From contig AP039710.1 in the NCBI GenBank assembly GCA_051599415.1, positions 62,001 to 126,000 of the forward strand: DNA of 64,000 bases, given 5' to 3'. Each line of letters opens with the position of its first letter. The stretch's first letter is position 1. The position numbers and the translations under genes were made by a program. Source of the DNA: Savitreella phatthalungensis. Taxonomy: Eukaryota. The notes under the pieces are model-generated. The model had not been told where the DNA came from. It worked only from the letters and a program-made list of their open reading frames with translations, and searched no databases. Shown here piece by piece: positions 31,561 through 41,749 of this stretch.

Positions 31561-33231
31561 ATGGGTTTCTTTGACAAGCTGAAGGACAAGGTTGAGCAAC
31601 AGCTCGGACAAGGTCACCACCAGAATCAGCCTCAGGGCAACTACTACGCTTCTCCTCCGCCTCAGCAGTATACTCACCAACAACCCTACGCGCCACCAGT
31701 GCCTGGCAACAAGCCTGCGTCGCTTCTGCCACCAGACAGCCCACCCTCGGAGTCCGATGTGTACCGACACCGCCAGCAGGTCGGTGCCAATTTGGGCGGC
31801 CTGTTTGTCGGTGAGCGTTGGATCTCCGATGAGATCTACGCTGCCTGCCCTTCTGACGACTCGCACAAGTCTGAGTGGTCTGCGGTCGACAGCGCGGTGC
31901 GGGCGTACGGTTGGGAGGATACGAAGACGGGGCTTGAACGCCACTGGGAGACCTTCATCACGGAGTCCGACTTGGACGATCTCGTGAAGATGGGTGGCAA
32001 CTCTGTCCGGGTCCCGATCGGGTACTTCTCGCTGAGCCGGCCTGAGCTTCTTGCAGGGACGCCGTATGAGCCGCTGGGGTACCTGTACGGTGGTTGCTGG
32101 TCGCGTGTGGAGACGCTGTTGCGAGCGTGCAGGGCTCGCGGGGTGGGTGTGCTGCTGGATTTGCACTGTGTACCTGGTGGTGCGAATGGTGACGCGCACG
32201 CTGGTACTGATTCTGGGCGGAGTGAGTTCTGGGAGAACGATTACTTCCGCGAGTTGGCTGTGAGGTGTATCGAGTTCCTGTGTGGGGCGGTGGCCGACCT
32301 TCACCCGAACGTCATCGGCATCCAGGTCATCAACGAGCCTACCTGGCACCAGCACGACCTCGCCCAGCAGTACTACACGCGCTGCCTAGACGTCGCTCGC
32401 GCGCACGGCAACATCCCAATCTACATCGGAGACTGCTGGGAGCTCACCAAGACAGCCGACTTTGCAGCTAACCACACGTCCTCCTACCCTTATGACTTCC
32501 TCGTCATCGATCACCACTACTACTACTGCTTTGCTGAGCCTCAGACGAGCATGAAGGTGCCTGCGCTGACGTCGATGGTGCAGTCGCTCGGTGAGTCTGG
32601 TGGTGAGCTTTCGGAGGCTTCTGGGAAGGGTGATGGTGTGAATGTTGTTGTTGGCGAGTGGTCGTGTACGCTTTCCGGCAACTCTACGAATGGTTGTGGT
32701 GACGGTGACGCACGAGCTTTCGGTCGTACTCAGCTCCAGACATACACTCGGCCTGGTCTGAGTGGTGGCGCTTGGTTCTGGACGCTCAAGTTCCAGGTAC
32801 GTAACATGTCCAACACTTGGGATCTCCGTGACATGGTCCACCGCAAAGTACTCCCTTCCAACCTCCGTCCCCAAGTCAACCTTCCGTCATCCCAGCACGA
32901 GCTCGACACCAACATCGCTCACATCGTCAGCACACTCACTGCCCCACACGCCGCATACTGGGACGCTCAACCGAACGCTGAGGCTTCTGACTTTGACGGT
33001 CACCGACGGTATAGCGCGGGTGCCAAGTTGGCGCTTGAGGATTGTGCTGGGTTTGGTAGACACGGTGGATCGTTGATTGGGTTCAGGAAACAGTGGACAA
33101 GGACTAGAGTGGCTGGACTGGTTGGTGCTGGTGGTGATGGCGACCACCCTGCGGCATGGGAGTACAGACACGGTTACGAAGCTGGCTTGGCGGAGTTCGA
33201 CAAGCTCTGTGTAGGATCACTGCAGGAATAG
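31561..33231 (+). CDS. Intracellular GH5 glucanase/glucosidase (YBR056W / Exg3-like)
   Basis: GANLGGLFV.ERWI, NSVRVPIGY, LLDLH..PGGAN...H.G, catalytic NEP and GEWS, and DHH.YYCF. No signal peptide. Confidence 0.9.
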   Translation: MGFFDKLKDKVEQQLGQGHHQNQPQGNYYASPPPQQYTHQQPYAPPVPGNKPASLLPPDSPPSESDVYRHRQQVGANLGGLFVGERWISDEIYAACPSDDSHKSEWSAVDSAVRAYGWEDTKTGLERHWETFITESDLDDLVKMGGNSVRVPIGYFSLSRPELLAGTPYEPLGYLYGGCWSRVETLLRACRARGVGVLLDLHCVPGGANGDAHAGTDSGRSEFWENDYFRELAVRCIEFLCGAVADLHPNVIGIQVINEPTWHQHDLAQQYYTRCLDVARAHGNIPIYIGDCWELTKTADFAANHTSSYPYDFLVIDHHYYYCFAEPQTSMKVPALTSMVQSLGESGGELSEASGKGDGVNVVVGEWSCTLSGNSTNGCGDGDARAFGRTQLQTYTRPGLSGGAWFWTLKFQVRNMSNTWDLRDMVHRKVLPSNLRPQVNLPSSQHELDTNIAHIVSTLTAPHAAYWDAQPNAEASDFDGHRRYSAGAKLALEDCAGFGRHGGSLIGFRKQWTRTRVAGLVGAGGDGDHPAAWEYRHGYEAGLAEFDKLCVGSLQE

Positions 33232-33271
33232 AAAGGGAGTGGCATAGTCGTTTAATGGTGATACATAAAGG

Positions 33272-36200
33272 CTAATCTCGAGGTCGAGCAAGTCCTAGTG
33301 ACGACGACGTCGAAGTCGAAGCGGTCGATGATCGTTTCCGTGATGACGTGGACGCAGATGCTGAGGACGATGGTCTGGCACGGGCTTTGCCTTTGCGGGT
33401 GGCTGAAGCCGGTGCTCGGACCGGCGGTCTCATTGTGTCTGCGTCGTGCTCGCGTTCAGACTCGCGTCGTGCTGCTGAAGGTGACCAGTCGTCTTCGTCG
33501 TCTTCTGCTTCCTGGTTGAAGAGTGGTTCGGCGTAGGTGCGGGTGGATGCCGCTGTGGCTGCCGCTCGCGGTTTCTTCCTCGTGGGAGCAGGTGCGACAG
33601 GTGCGTCTCGCTCACTCAGGAACTTCCGGGTGACGGCAATGATATCGAATCCATACAGATCGACACTGTCTGGTTTCACGCCTGGCACTGTCCTCAGCTC
33701 TGCTGCGTTTTGAGGAAGCATCTGGGCAATGTCCTGCAGTTGCTGGTCCCCGAATACGGAATCGTACCGCTGGACTTGCTTCGCTCGCATCAGAGCGTCC
33801 CGCGTCGTCCGTAGCTCCGTCAGGCACCGCAGAACCCTGTTGAGGTCGACGCGGTTGTTGTGGTCGGCCGGTGGGTGCCCGTGGACAGAAGGTGATCGCG
33901 TTAAGGCTGCAGCTACGATATGCTCTCGTGTGATTCGGGTTCCTGTCTTGCGGGTCTGCGGAGGCGGTCCTGTGATGGTAGGCCTGTGAGTGTTGCCGCC
34001 GGTGAAGCTGAATTGCCTGGCGAGGTCCGGCTGCTGCGAGACTCTTGGTTGTGGTCGCCTGGAGGGATTGATTGTCTGTGGCGTATCTCTGAAATAGTCG
34101 TCATCGTCGTCATCATTGAGATATTGGTCGTCATCATCGTATTGTTGATCTGTGATTGTTGCACGGCGCGCTGCTGCTGCAGTTGTTCGAGAGGTTGCCG
34201 ACGATGGTCTGGAGGATTTGGAAGTCTGCTCGATTCTTAGGAGGAGCTGCTTCCTGCCGTTGAGGACTGCCGTGTAGGCTGGACCTTGCTTGACGTAGGA
34301 GGACGTGAAGCCCATCCGGTTGGCGATATGTTCTTCTGCCAGGGCGTTCTCTGCCACGAGCATTCTGAGCAGTCGATCGATGTTGGAGATATCCCAGGTA
34401 ACATGCTGAACCGAGGTCTCTCGCTTCGTCGCGCCGTGAGCGTCGAGTTTGTCCCAGCCGTTGTCGAGGATTTTTGCGATTCGGGAGCCATTGAGGATCA
34501 TGCCGCAGTCTTTGAGGGTGGCTCTGTCTTTGGTCGATTGGGAGGTCGCCATGATGTCTCCGACCATTTTAACAGCTAGTTGACCCATCCTCGTGACGTC
34601 GACTTCGGCGAACGAGCGACGGTGACGGCAATTATCGCACGTCTGACCACATTGCGCTGGATCGAACTGCTCGTTGAAGTACGCTAGAACTTGTGCACGC
34701 CGACAGTCTGCTTGATTCTCAGCGTAGTCGAGCATCCGCTGGACGCCTGCCTTCTGCATCCGCTTCTGCTCTCTGGTGCCGCCGCCATCGCGCTCGCTCT
34801 TGCTGTCGATCATCTTGCAGTGCTTCGTCTTGTCGGCGTACGTGTAGAAGAGGTAGCAGACGCTCCGGTCACCGTCCCTGCCAGCTCGGCCGGTCTCCTG
34901 GTAGTATCCCTCGAGTGATTTTGGGAGCGCGTAGTGAACTACCCAACGCACATTTGGCTTGTCGATACCCATACCGAAGGCGATGGTGGCACAGATGATG
35001 TTTGGTCCTGAGTCGGGGTTGCTGGGATCCTGACCTGCAAACTGCCAGCGGCGCTGTGTCTCTGCTCGGTCATGCTTGTCCATGCCTGCGTGGTAGAATG
35101 CTGCACCTCTGCCAAGGGCTTTGGCCATGTCCTCGCACGCTTGCCTTGATAGACAGTAGATGATGCCGACCTGGCCACGGTGCCTTCGGAACGCAATGTC
35201 GCGAACCTCGTCCATGCTCGCTTTCGTCCTTGTCTTGATGATGTACTCGAGGTTGGGCCTGTTGAATGACTGCTTGAGTGTGGCTGGGTTGACGAGCTGG
35301 AGGTTGGTTTTTACGTCTGCTTGAACGCGTTCGTTGGCTGTGGCCGTGAGCGCAATCACTGGCACGCCTCTGAAGTTCGCCCTGAACTCACCGAGCTTCT
35401 TGTAGTCCGGCCTGAAATCGTGTCCCCACTGACTGACGCAATGTGCCTCGTCGATGACGATCCGAGCAAGGCGATCTCGCTGCTGGAGTCGCTGGAGTAG
35501 CTCTGTCATGTGACCCGAGAGGGCGAGGAGCTCTGGGGTGACGTAAAGACACTTGAGAGCTGCTGGATCGCTTGGGTCGAGGAACATTTGCGCTTGGATG
35601 GCTCGCCGGTCTGCGACGGTGGTCTCGCTGTTGTACGCTGCCGCTGGGATGTTGATGGCTGCGAGGTGTTCGACTTGGTCCTGCATGAGACTGACGAGTG
35701 GTGAGACAACAACGGTGACGCCACGGGTGACACCGCCACCAACGACGGATGGAAGCATGTAGCAAAGTGACTTTCCTCCACCTGTGGGCATGAGCACGAA
35801 ACAGTCTCTGCCAGAGAGCGTTGCGTTGATGGCTTCCAGTTGGTTTGGTCGGAAGCTGGTGAGACCGAAACGCTGCTCGAGGGTTGCCTTGACTTCTGCA
35901 GACCAAGGGTGCTGCATTCCTGGTAGGGACATGAGGTCGATGACCTCCTGCTGGGTTTGGCCGCGGACGACTTGCGTCCCTGGCCCGTACTTTGGCTGGA
36001 CATGTGGTCTGACTGGAGACGCTCCGATCGTGATGGGATGCTGTTGCTGCTGCTGCTGGGATCTTCTGGCTTCGTGCTCTGCCATAGCGCGCTGCTGCTC
36101 GCGCAGCTGGTCGTGGGTGAGGCCGAGGCCGAGATCTTCGGCAGCGTAGTCAAAAGGATCTTCTTCAAAGTCTTCTTCGTTGAACTCGACCTGGAACGAT

Positions 36201-38182
36201 GCGTCTGTCATTCGTCGGGACACTCCTTCATCCGCTCCATCGCCGCCCATCAATTCTTCTTCCTCCAGGTCATTCGGATAGTCGTCATCGTCGCTGTCGA
36301 TAGCGATGACATGGTAACGAGCAGCTTTGGTTGCGTTGGTAGTCGTTCGAGGAAGTGCTGTGGCTGGGATGTTGTCGTGGTCATGGTCGAAGGGTTGTCG
36401 GTCCGGGGTCGTGATGGATGGTGAGGCTGTCGATCGCACCTGTGCAAAGATAGACGACTGCAGTGGTACCTGAACCGGAGGCTGAGCGCTCTGGTGGAGC
36501 TGCGGTCGAGCAGGAAGTTGCCTAGCCTGCTGCTCTTCCTGGAGAGCCACGAGACGGGCGCGGAGTTCCGGCGGGGGAGCTTCCGAGTTGATGACGTACT
36601 GACAGATCTCGTCTTTGAGCTGGGCGATCTGGTCGTCGAGTTGCCGTGGCTCCATCTGCATCTGGAGGTGTGCGAGTTCTGCTTCTAGCGACCGACGACG
36701 CTGTTCGAGCTGGGCTAGCTCTTCTGAGAGTGCTGGCGCACGGAGTGGGTCGGCCATGCCGGTGTCACGCAGCAGTAAGTAACAGGAATTGCCAAGGGAT
36801 GCGATCTGTGCTTCGAGCTGCGCGATACGCGATAGTCGCGGATCAGGCGAGACATTCGCAGTCGTCGTTGTCGTCGTGGCGGATGGCTGATGGTGAGAGA
36901 TCTCGGCTGAGACGACTGAGCCCGGTTTAGAAGGTGCATGATGGGTGTGTAGAAGAGAGGGCAGGGCAGAAGGCGGCCTGGATGTCGCTGACTGTGGAGG
37001 TGGAGGAGGAGGAGGAGGAGGAGGAGCAGCAGCAGCAGCAGCAGCTACAGCAGTAGCAGCAGCAGGATGATTTGCTGCAGCCTGAATTGGAGTGGCGTTG
37101 TTGGGCGTTGCTGACTTGAGAGACCGCGCAGGTCCTGCGACGAGGGACTCTGGCGTCAGTCTTTTGATTCCAGGTGTTGGTGAGATTGGCGCGGCGGTGA
37201 TTCTGGAGCCTGCTTCGACATCAAGACGATCTGCGGATTCCGGATTGCTGAAATGCTGCCGATGCTTCCTTGTCCCTGTGTCTGGGGTAAGGGAAGGGTG
37301 TTCTTCCGAGCGCTTGTCGTCGACAGTGTTACCAAAGTAGGGGGACTTGCTCGGGAGATTCTGTAGATCTGCTGGGAGGAGCTCTTGCTGTGGAGCAGGT
37401 AGAGAAGGACGCTCGACTGTCTCCATGATGGCGTCAGGCTGCTTTGGGCGCGTCGGCGTCTGAGTGGCTGCGTCTGAGGCTGTGAAAGCAGGCGATACAG
37501 ACACGGGACCAATACCTCTGATGAAGGTCTCTACGGCTTGTGATTCGGACACTTCGCGCTTTCTGCGCTTTGATGAGCCTTCCGCAGACTTGGACTGCTT
37601 GGCAGGTGTGGTGGTGGCAGGACGCTTGTTGGGCGGTGTGGATGATGCTGATGCTGATGCTGGAATTCCTTCACTCGTCAGGTCAACACAGTCGTCCACA
37701 TCCTCTCCCTCGTCTAGGTCTGAGTCTGTCCGTTCTGCGAGAGCCAAGAGCTCTTCATCGTCTGCATACCTGCTCGAATCAGGGACGACCGGCACAGCTG
37801 ATGGTACTGGTGCATCGATGATGTTCCGAGCGTTGATGGCTGCGGGTGCAGGTACGGGTGCGGGTGTGGGCGTTGGCGGCTTGAGAGCCTGCTGGCGCTG
37901 CGGGTAGAGGAACGGCGGATCCTGAAGAGTGTTTGGTTGGACTTGAGCTAGAGGCTGACGGTGTGGACCGCGTGGTTGAAGGGGAGGTGGATGAGGAGGC
38001 TGCTGGAGGGCCTGTGGAGCGGATAGGAGCTTAGGCATGGAATGACGCGCGTCCCAGAGGAGCTTCACCAGCGCTGAATCCAATTGCCTTCCTTCTAGAG
38101 GACTTTCTGGCGTAGAGAGAGCTAGTTGTTGGGATCTATGCCGATGTAACCATGCTAGCTGCTCTGCAAGGTTATTACGCAT
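33272..38182 (-). CDS. SGS1: RecQ DNA helicase (Sgs1/Rqh1/BLM orthologue)
   Basis: N-terminal RNNL..L.W, FRPNQLEAIN, MPTGGGKSLCY, DEAHCVSQWGHDFRPDY, ATIAFGMGIDK, YYQETGRAGRDG, RQC cysteines and an HRDC-like C-terminal domain. Confidence 0.96.
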   Translation of the reverse strand: MRNNLAEQLAWLHRHRSQQLALSTPESPLEGRQLDSALVKLLWDARHSMPKLLSAPQALQQPPHPPPLQPRGPHRQPLAQVQPNTLQDPPFLYPQRQQALKPPTPTPAPVPAPAAINARNIIDAPVPSAVPVVPDSSRYADDEELLALAERTDSDLDEGEDVDDCVDLTSEGIPASASASSTPPNKRPATTTPAKQSKSAEGSSKRRKREVSESQAVETFIRGIGPVSVSPAFTASDAATQTPTRPKQPDAIMETVERPSLPAPQQELLPADLQNLPSKSPYFGNTVDDKRSEEHPSLTPDTGTRKHRQHFSNPESADRLDVEAGSRITAAPISPTPGIKRLTPESLVAGPARSLKSATPNNATPIQAAANHPAAATAVAAAAAAAPPPPPPPPPPQSATSRPPSALPSLLHTHHAPSKPGSVVSAEISHHQPSATTTTTTANVSPDPRLSRIAQLEAQIASLGNSCYLLLRDTGMADPLRAPALSEELAQLEQRRRSLEAELAHLQMQMEPRQLDDQIAQLKDEICQYVINSEAPPPELRARLVALQEEQQARQLPARPQLHQSAQPPVQVPLQSSIFAQVRSTASPSITTPDRQPFDHDHDNIPATALPRTTTNATKAARYHVIAIDSDDDDYPNDLEEEELMGGDGADEGVSRRMTDASFQVEFNEEDFEEDPFDYAAEDLGLGLTHDQLREQQRAMAEHEARRSQQQQQQHPITIGASPVRPHVQPKYGPGTQVVRGQTQQEVIDLMSLPGMQHPWSAEVKATLEQRFGLTSFRPNQLEAINATLSGRDCFVLMPTGGGKSLCYMLPSVVGGGVTRGVTVVVSPLVSLMQDQVEHLAAINIPAAAYNSETTVADRRAIQAQMFLDPSDPAALKCLYVTPELLALSGHMTELLQRLQQRDRLARIVIDEAHCVSQWGHDFRPDYKKLGEFRANFRGVPVIALTATANERVQADVKTNLQLVNPATLKQSFNRPNLEYIIKTRTKASMDEVRDIAFRRHRGQVGIIYCLSRQACEDMAKALGRGAAFYHAGMDKHDRAETQRRWQFAGQDPSNPDSGPNIICATIAFGMGIDKPNVRWVVHYALPKSLEGYYQETGRAGRDGDRSVCYLFYTYADKTKHCKMIDSKSERDGGGTREQKRMQKAGVQRMLDYAENQADCRRAQVLAYFNEQFDPAQCGQTCDNCRHRRSFAEVDVTRMGQLAVKMVGDIMATSQSTKDRATLKDCGMILNGSRIAKILDNGWDKLDAHGATKRETSVQHVTWDISNIDRLLRMLVAENALAEEHIANRMGFTSSYVKQGPAYTAVLNGRKQLLLRIEQTSKSSRPSSATSRTTAAAARRATITDQQYDDDDQYLNDDDDDDYFRDTPQTINPSRRPQPRVSQQPDLARQFSFTGGNTHRPTITGPPPQTRKTGTRITREHIVAAALTRSPSVHGHPPADHNNRVDLNRVLRCLTELRTTRDALMRAKQVQRYDSVFGDQQLQDIAQMLPQNAAELRTVPGVKPDSVDLYGFDIIAVTRKFLSERDAPVAPAPTRKKPRAAATAASTRTYAEPLFNQEAEDDEDDWSPSAARRESEREHDADTMRPPVRAPASATRKGKARARPSSSASASTSSRKRSSTASTSTSSSLGLARPRD

Positions 38183-38490
38183 CCGCCTGCGCTCCACCTA
38201 TCGTTCTTTCACTCGCAGGTAAGTGCGCTACACCTACACTCTCATCTGATAGCGTCTTTCGAGTGTCTGCGAGGGTGTATAAGGTTGTAGACCGCGCTGT
38301 TGTAGTGAATGAGTTGTTGGATGCGTTAATTGACGCGTCTTCTTTTGAATGTCTTCGTGACCGCGTAACCTGTTTTGCCAAATCATATGCATAAATGAGG
38401 TATGCCCGCTAACAACGGCAGTAACATCACCATTAAACACCAGTCACAACAGCATCCTCGGAGAATATACTCATCTGAGGCGCTTTACAG

Positions 38491-39360
38491 ATGAAGATGG
38501 CGAAGATGGTGAATGTCCTTGTAGACTTGCCTCCTGGAGACCCTTGTGGGCGGTCCTGTGTATGCTTACAGATTGATGACGCTTCTGCTTCTGCTTCGCT
38601 CTCGGACGCCATCTTCGCTAGACTGCCTTCCCCGTATGACCGCATCGGTGCTCCCGACTCTCTGTACCTGTACCCTCTACTCTCCCTCTCTCCCGCTGAC
38701 TGTGATGGTTCGTTCGTCCGCACGAGCGTGCAGGTGCGTGTGGTTGGTGGGAAGGGTGGGTTTGGGTCACAGCTTCGTAGTGCTGGTAGCAAGATGAGCA
38801 AGAAGCAGTCTCGAGCGGCTGAAAGTCGACGGCGTCGGCTGCTTGCGCTTGCCGCTGGCCATCCTTCTGCGACGGAGGTCGAGGTGACCGAGGCTGATCT
38901 AGCTGATCCCCATCTGGCAGCACGCGATCGCGATGGCAGGTCGCTAGCGTCCAAGGTCAGAGCTGCAGCTCTCGCACGGCACGAAGGACGTCGTGGTGGT
39001 GATGAGCAGGAGGCAAGAGCTCAGCGGCGTGCGAAGCTCGAGAAGATTGCTGGGAGGAAGGGGGCGAGAAAGGGAGAGGCAGGAGAGAATGATGGGAAGG
39101 GGTCACAGGGAAGCGAGCACGAAGCTTGGCTTGTACAGAAGGATGAGTCGCTAGATCGGCTTCGGGAAGCTCTGGCTGAAGGGTCCAGGTCAAGAGCAAG
39201 TACGAGTACGAGTATGAGTGCGGAGTCAATGTCGAGTACAGGCGAGGTTAAGGACAAGGGCAAGGGCAAAGAGCGAGCTGTAGAACCACCTGGGGTGATG
39301 ACGACAACGAGTAGACTAGGCATCAGCTACGACGACGACGACGACGACGACGATGAATGA
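38491..39360 (+). CDS. SDE2: Sde2 ubiquitin-fold precursor (splicing / replication-stress factor)
   Basis: Ubl-like N-terminus followed by the diagnostic GGKGGFGSQLR cleavage motif and an RD.DGR.L motif. Confidence 0.88.
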   Translation: MKMAKMVNVLVDLPPGDPCGRSCVCLQIDDASASASLSDAIFARLPSPYDRIGAPDSLYLYPLLSLSPADCDGSFVRTSVQVRVVGGKGGFGSQLRSAGSKMSKKQSRAAESRRRRLLALAAGHPSATEVEVTEADLADPHLAARDRDGRSLASKVRAAALARHEGRRGGDEQEARAQRRAKLEKIAGRKGARKGEAGENDGKGSQGSEHEAWLVQKDESLDRLREALAEGSRSRASTSTSMSAESMSSTGEVKDKGKGKERAVEPPGVMTTTSRLGISYDDDDDDDDE

Positions 39361-39422
39361 CTAGATGACTAAATGAATGAATGAATGAATGATTTGAATG
39401 ATTGAATGCTTCCCTGCTTGCT

Positions 39423-40514
39423 TTACGCGTGTCCGAGGTTCTTCTTGAGTTGTTCGACAATGGCCTGACCTACTTCCTGGGTGGAGTTGGTTCCTCTTAG
39501 ATCTTTTGTCCTGATTTCTAGACCTCCATGCTCCTTTGATTCTAGTACCTTCGCGACTGCGTCTCTGAGTGCTTTCGCTTCAAGGTGCATCTCGAATGTG
39601 AGCTCTAGCATCATTGCGACACTGAGGATTGTGCCTACTGGGTTTGCGATGCCCATGCCTGCGATGTCTGGTGCTGATCCGTGGATTGGCTCGTACAGAC
39701 CCTTGCAGGGCGGCGTGTCTGCAATGGATGCAGAGGGCATGACGCCTAGCGTGCCTGGGACGGCTGAGAGGAGGTCCGACAGGATATCTCCCATCAGATT
39801 CTCTGTCACACAGATACCGTTGAACATCTTTGGCGTCCTGACCATCGACATGGCAGCAGAGTCTACGAGGTGGTGGTCCAGCTTCACGTCCTTGAACTCC
39901 TCCTGCACGATCCGCTCCGTCGTCGATCGCCACAGCCGTGACGTCGCAAGCACGTTCGCCTTGTCGATCGAGTGGAGTGGTCTGCCTTGGTCCTGTGCCA
40001 TTTTGGCTGCGACTCTGACGATCCGCTCGATCTCCGGCAGAGAGTATGGCCACTCGTCAAGAGCCCTCTGGCCGTCTGTGTCTGCTGCTTCCACACGCTT
40101 GCCAAAGTACGCCCCTCCGCACAGCTCCCTGACGACGGTGATGTCTGTGCCCTGTGCGAGTTCCTCCTTCAGAGGTGAGAGCTTGAGGAGTCCCTTTGCT
40201 GGGAAGCTGCAGGGTCGAATGTTTGCGTAGACGTCTAGCTCCGATCGAAGTCTCAGAAGTCCTTGCTCCGGTCGCACCTTACCTGTTCCCCACTTCGGCC
40301 CACCGACGGCGCCCATGAGGATTGCATCTGCGGCCTTTGCCTGCGCCAGCGTGTCCTCGGTCAAAGATGTGCCGTGGGCATCGATCGAGCACCCACCGAA
40401 CAGTGCAGTGGATGTCGTGAACTTGTCTCCAAATACTTCAATCACCTTCTTCGCCTCTGCAACGACGTCTGGACCGATACCGTCTCCCGGGAGGAGGAGG
40501 ATGTGCTTCGACAT
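39423..40514 (-). CDS. LEU2: 3-isopropylmalate dehydrogenase
   Basis: LPGDGIGP, GAVGGPKW, RPEQGLLRLR, VRELCGG.YFG, DKANVLATSRLWR, GDILSD and YEPIHGSAPDIAG. ATG at 40514. Confidence 0.97.
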   Translation of the reverse strand: MSKHILLLPGDGIGPDVVAEAKKVIEVFGDKFTTSTALFGGCSIDAHGTSLTEDTLAQAKAADAILMGAVGGPKWGTGKVRPEQGLLRLRSELDVYANIRPCSFPAKGLLKLSPLKEELAQGTDITVVRELCGGAYFGKRVEAADTDGQRALDEWPYSLPEIERIVRVAAKMAQDQGRPLHSIDKANVLATSRLWRSTTERIVQEEFKDVKLDHHLVDSAAMSMVRTPKMFNGICVTENLMGDILSDLLSAVPGTLGVMPSASIADTPPCKGLYEPIHGSAPDIAGMGIANPVGTILSVAMMLELTFEMHLEAKALRDAVAKVLESKEHGGLEIRTKDLRGTNSTQEVGQAIVEQLKKNLGHA

Positions 40515-41203
40515 GGTGATACAAGGGAGTGAAGAAGACACTGTCTCTGTGATATGATATAGATAGGTTGGAGGGATGATCCGGCTCAGCTGATGAATCT
40601 GTGACCGAGGAATGTAAGAGGAGAGAAGACAGAGAGAGTGAGGACGAGGACGAGGATGTGGTACAGACAGGCGTTGCACAGAGATTGTCGCCTTGGTGAG
40701 AATGTCGAGAATGGAATTAAACGGAAACGCGGGGCCGAGCACGTGATCGAAACTCTCTCTTCGTATACACGTGCACGTACTCTGTCATGTTCATCAAAAC
40801 AAACAATGTTCACGTGCGTCTGAGGAGACATCTCTACGCTTCGTGTCAGGTGTCACAGAGAGTCACGCGGTCGTACAGGCAGTACATCCTCCATCATCAT
40901 CATCATCATCGCCACAAACAACCACACGACACTCACCCAGTCAAGTCACTCACACACATCAACTCACTAACAGTCACTTGGTGATCTCAAAAGTCAGGTT
41001 TCTCGTGGAACGGTGCGTCATTAGTGATTAGGGACAATTGAAACGGCTCTAAGCCCAAGCCATCTGCCTTTATAGGAAAGGAGAACTCTCCGTGGCTCTA
41101 TCGTGTAAAGAAAAAGGGGAGTACCCTTTGTCTGTCTTGGAGGTAGAAAAGGAATGTAGATATTGGTAAGGTGTGGTGTGTCAGCACAGGGTGAAAGAGC
41201 GCT

Positions 41204-41749
41204 TTAGAGGAAAGCTGCTGCAATACCAGCTGCTGCGACGACAGCACCACCGACCTTCTTTGCTGCTGCTCCGTTTGAGACTGGGAGACGGGAAGCAGTG
41301 GCCACTGGGACTGCACCGACAGTTCCGGACGAGACTGGGATGGTGAGGGTTGCTGTGGCTCCTCCGGCGACGACGGTTGGTACGCGGAGGGTGGTGACTG
41401 CGGTTGCTGGGACACCGGTGGAGACGGTGACGGTGGTGGTGCCAGCGGCGCCTGCACCTGCACCTCCGGGGATCACGATGACGATCGGGATGACGACGAC
41501 AACGGTCGAGCCGGAGCCAGAGTTGTTGGAGCCTGCACCTGCACCGGCGCCAGAGCCAGAGCCAGAGGTTCCCTTAGTGCCGTTGGTGGCGTTGGTAGCA
41601 CCAGAGCCGATGCCAGAGGTACCGTTGGTGCTGCCGTTGGTAGAGACAGTGCCAGAGCCAGCAGACACACCGGAGCCGGTCGAGTTAGAGAATGGGGCCT
41701 GGGCCGAGACGGCGGCGATGAGGGCAAGGGCAGCGGCAGTGAACTTCAT
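41204..41749 (-). CDS. Small GPI-anchored cell-surface protein (G/S/T/N-rich)
   Basis: Signal peptide MKFTAAALALIAAVSA, many N-x-S/T sequons, omega-like SNGA then a hydrophobic C-terminus, strongly biased codon use. Confidence 0.85.
   Translation of the reverse strand: MKFTAAALALIAAVSAQAPFSNSTGSGVSAGSGTVSTNGSTNGTSGIGSGATNATNGTKGTSGSGSGAGAGAGSNNSGSGSTVVVVIPIVIVIPGGAGAGAAGTTTVTVSTGVPATAVTTLRVPTVVAGGATATLTIPVSSGTVGAVPVATASRLPVSNGAAAKKVGGAVVAAAGIAAAFL

Noticed and set aside
39358..39372. SDE2 stop in the readthrough-prone context TGA CTAG
   Set aside because: Readthrough would add only X-L-D-D before TAA, with no targeting signal, and the site lies in a TGA-rich simple repeat.
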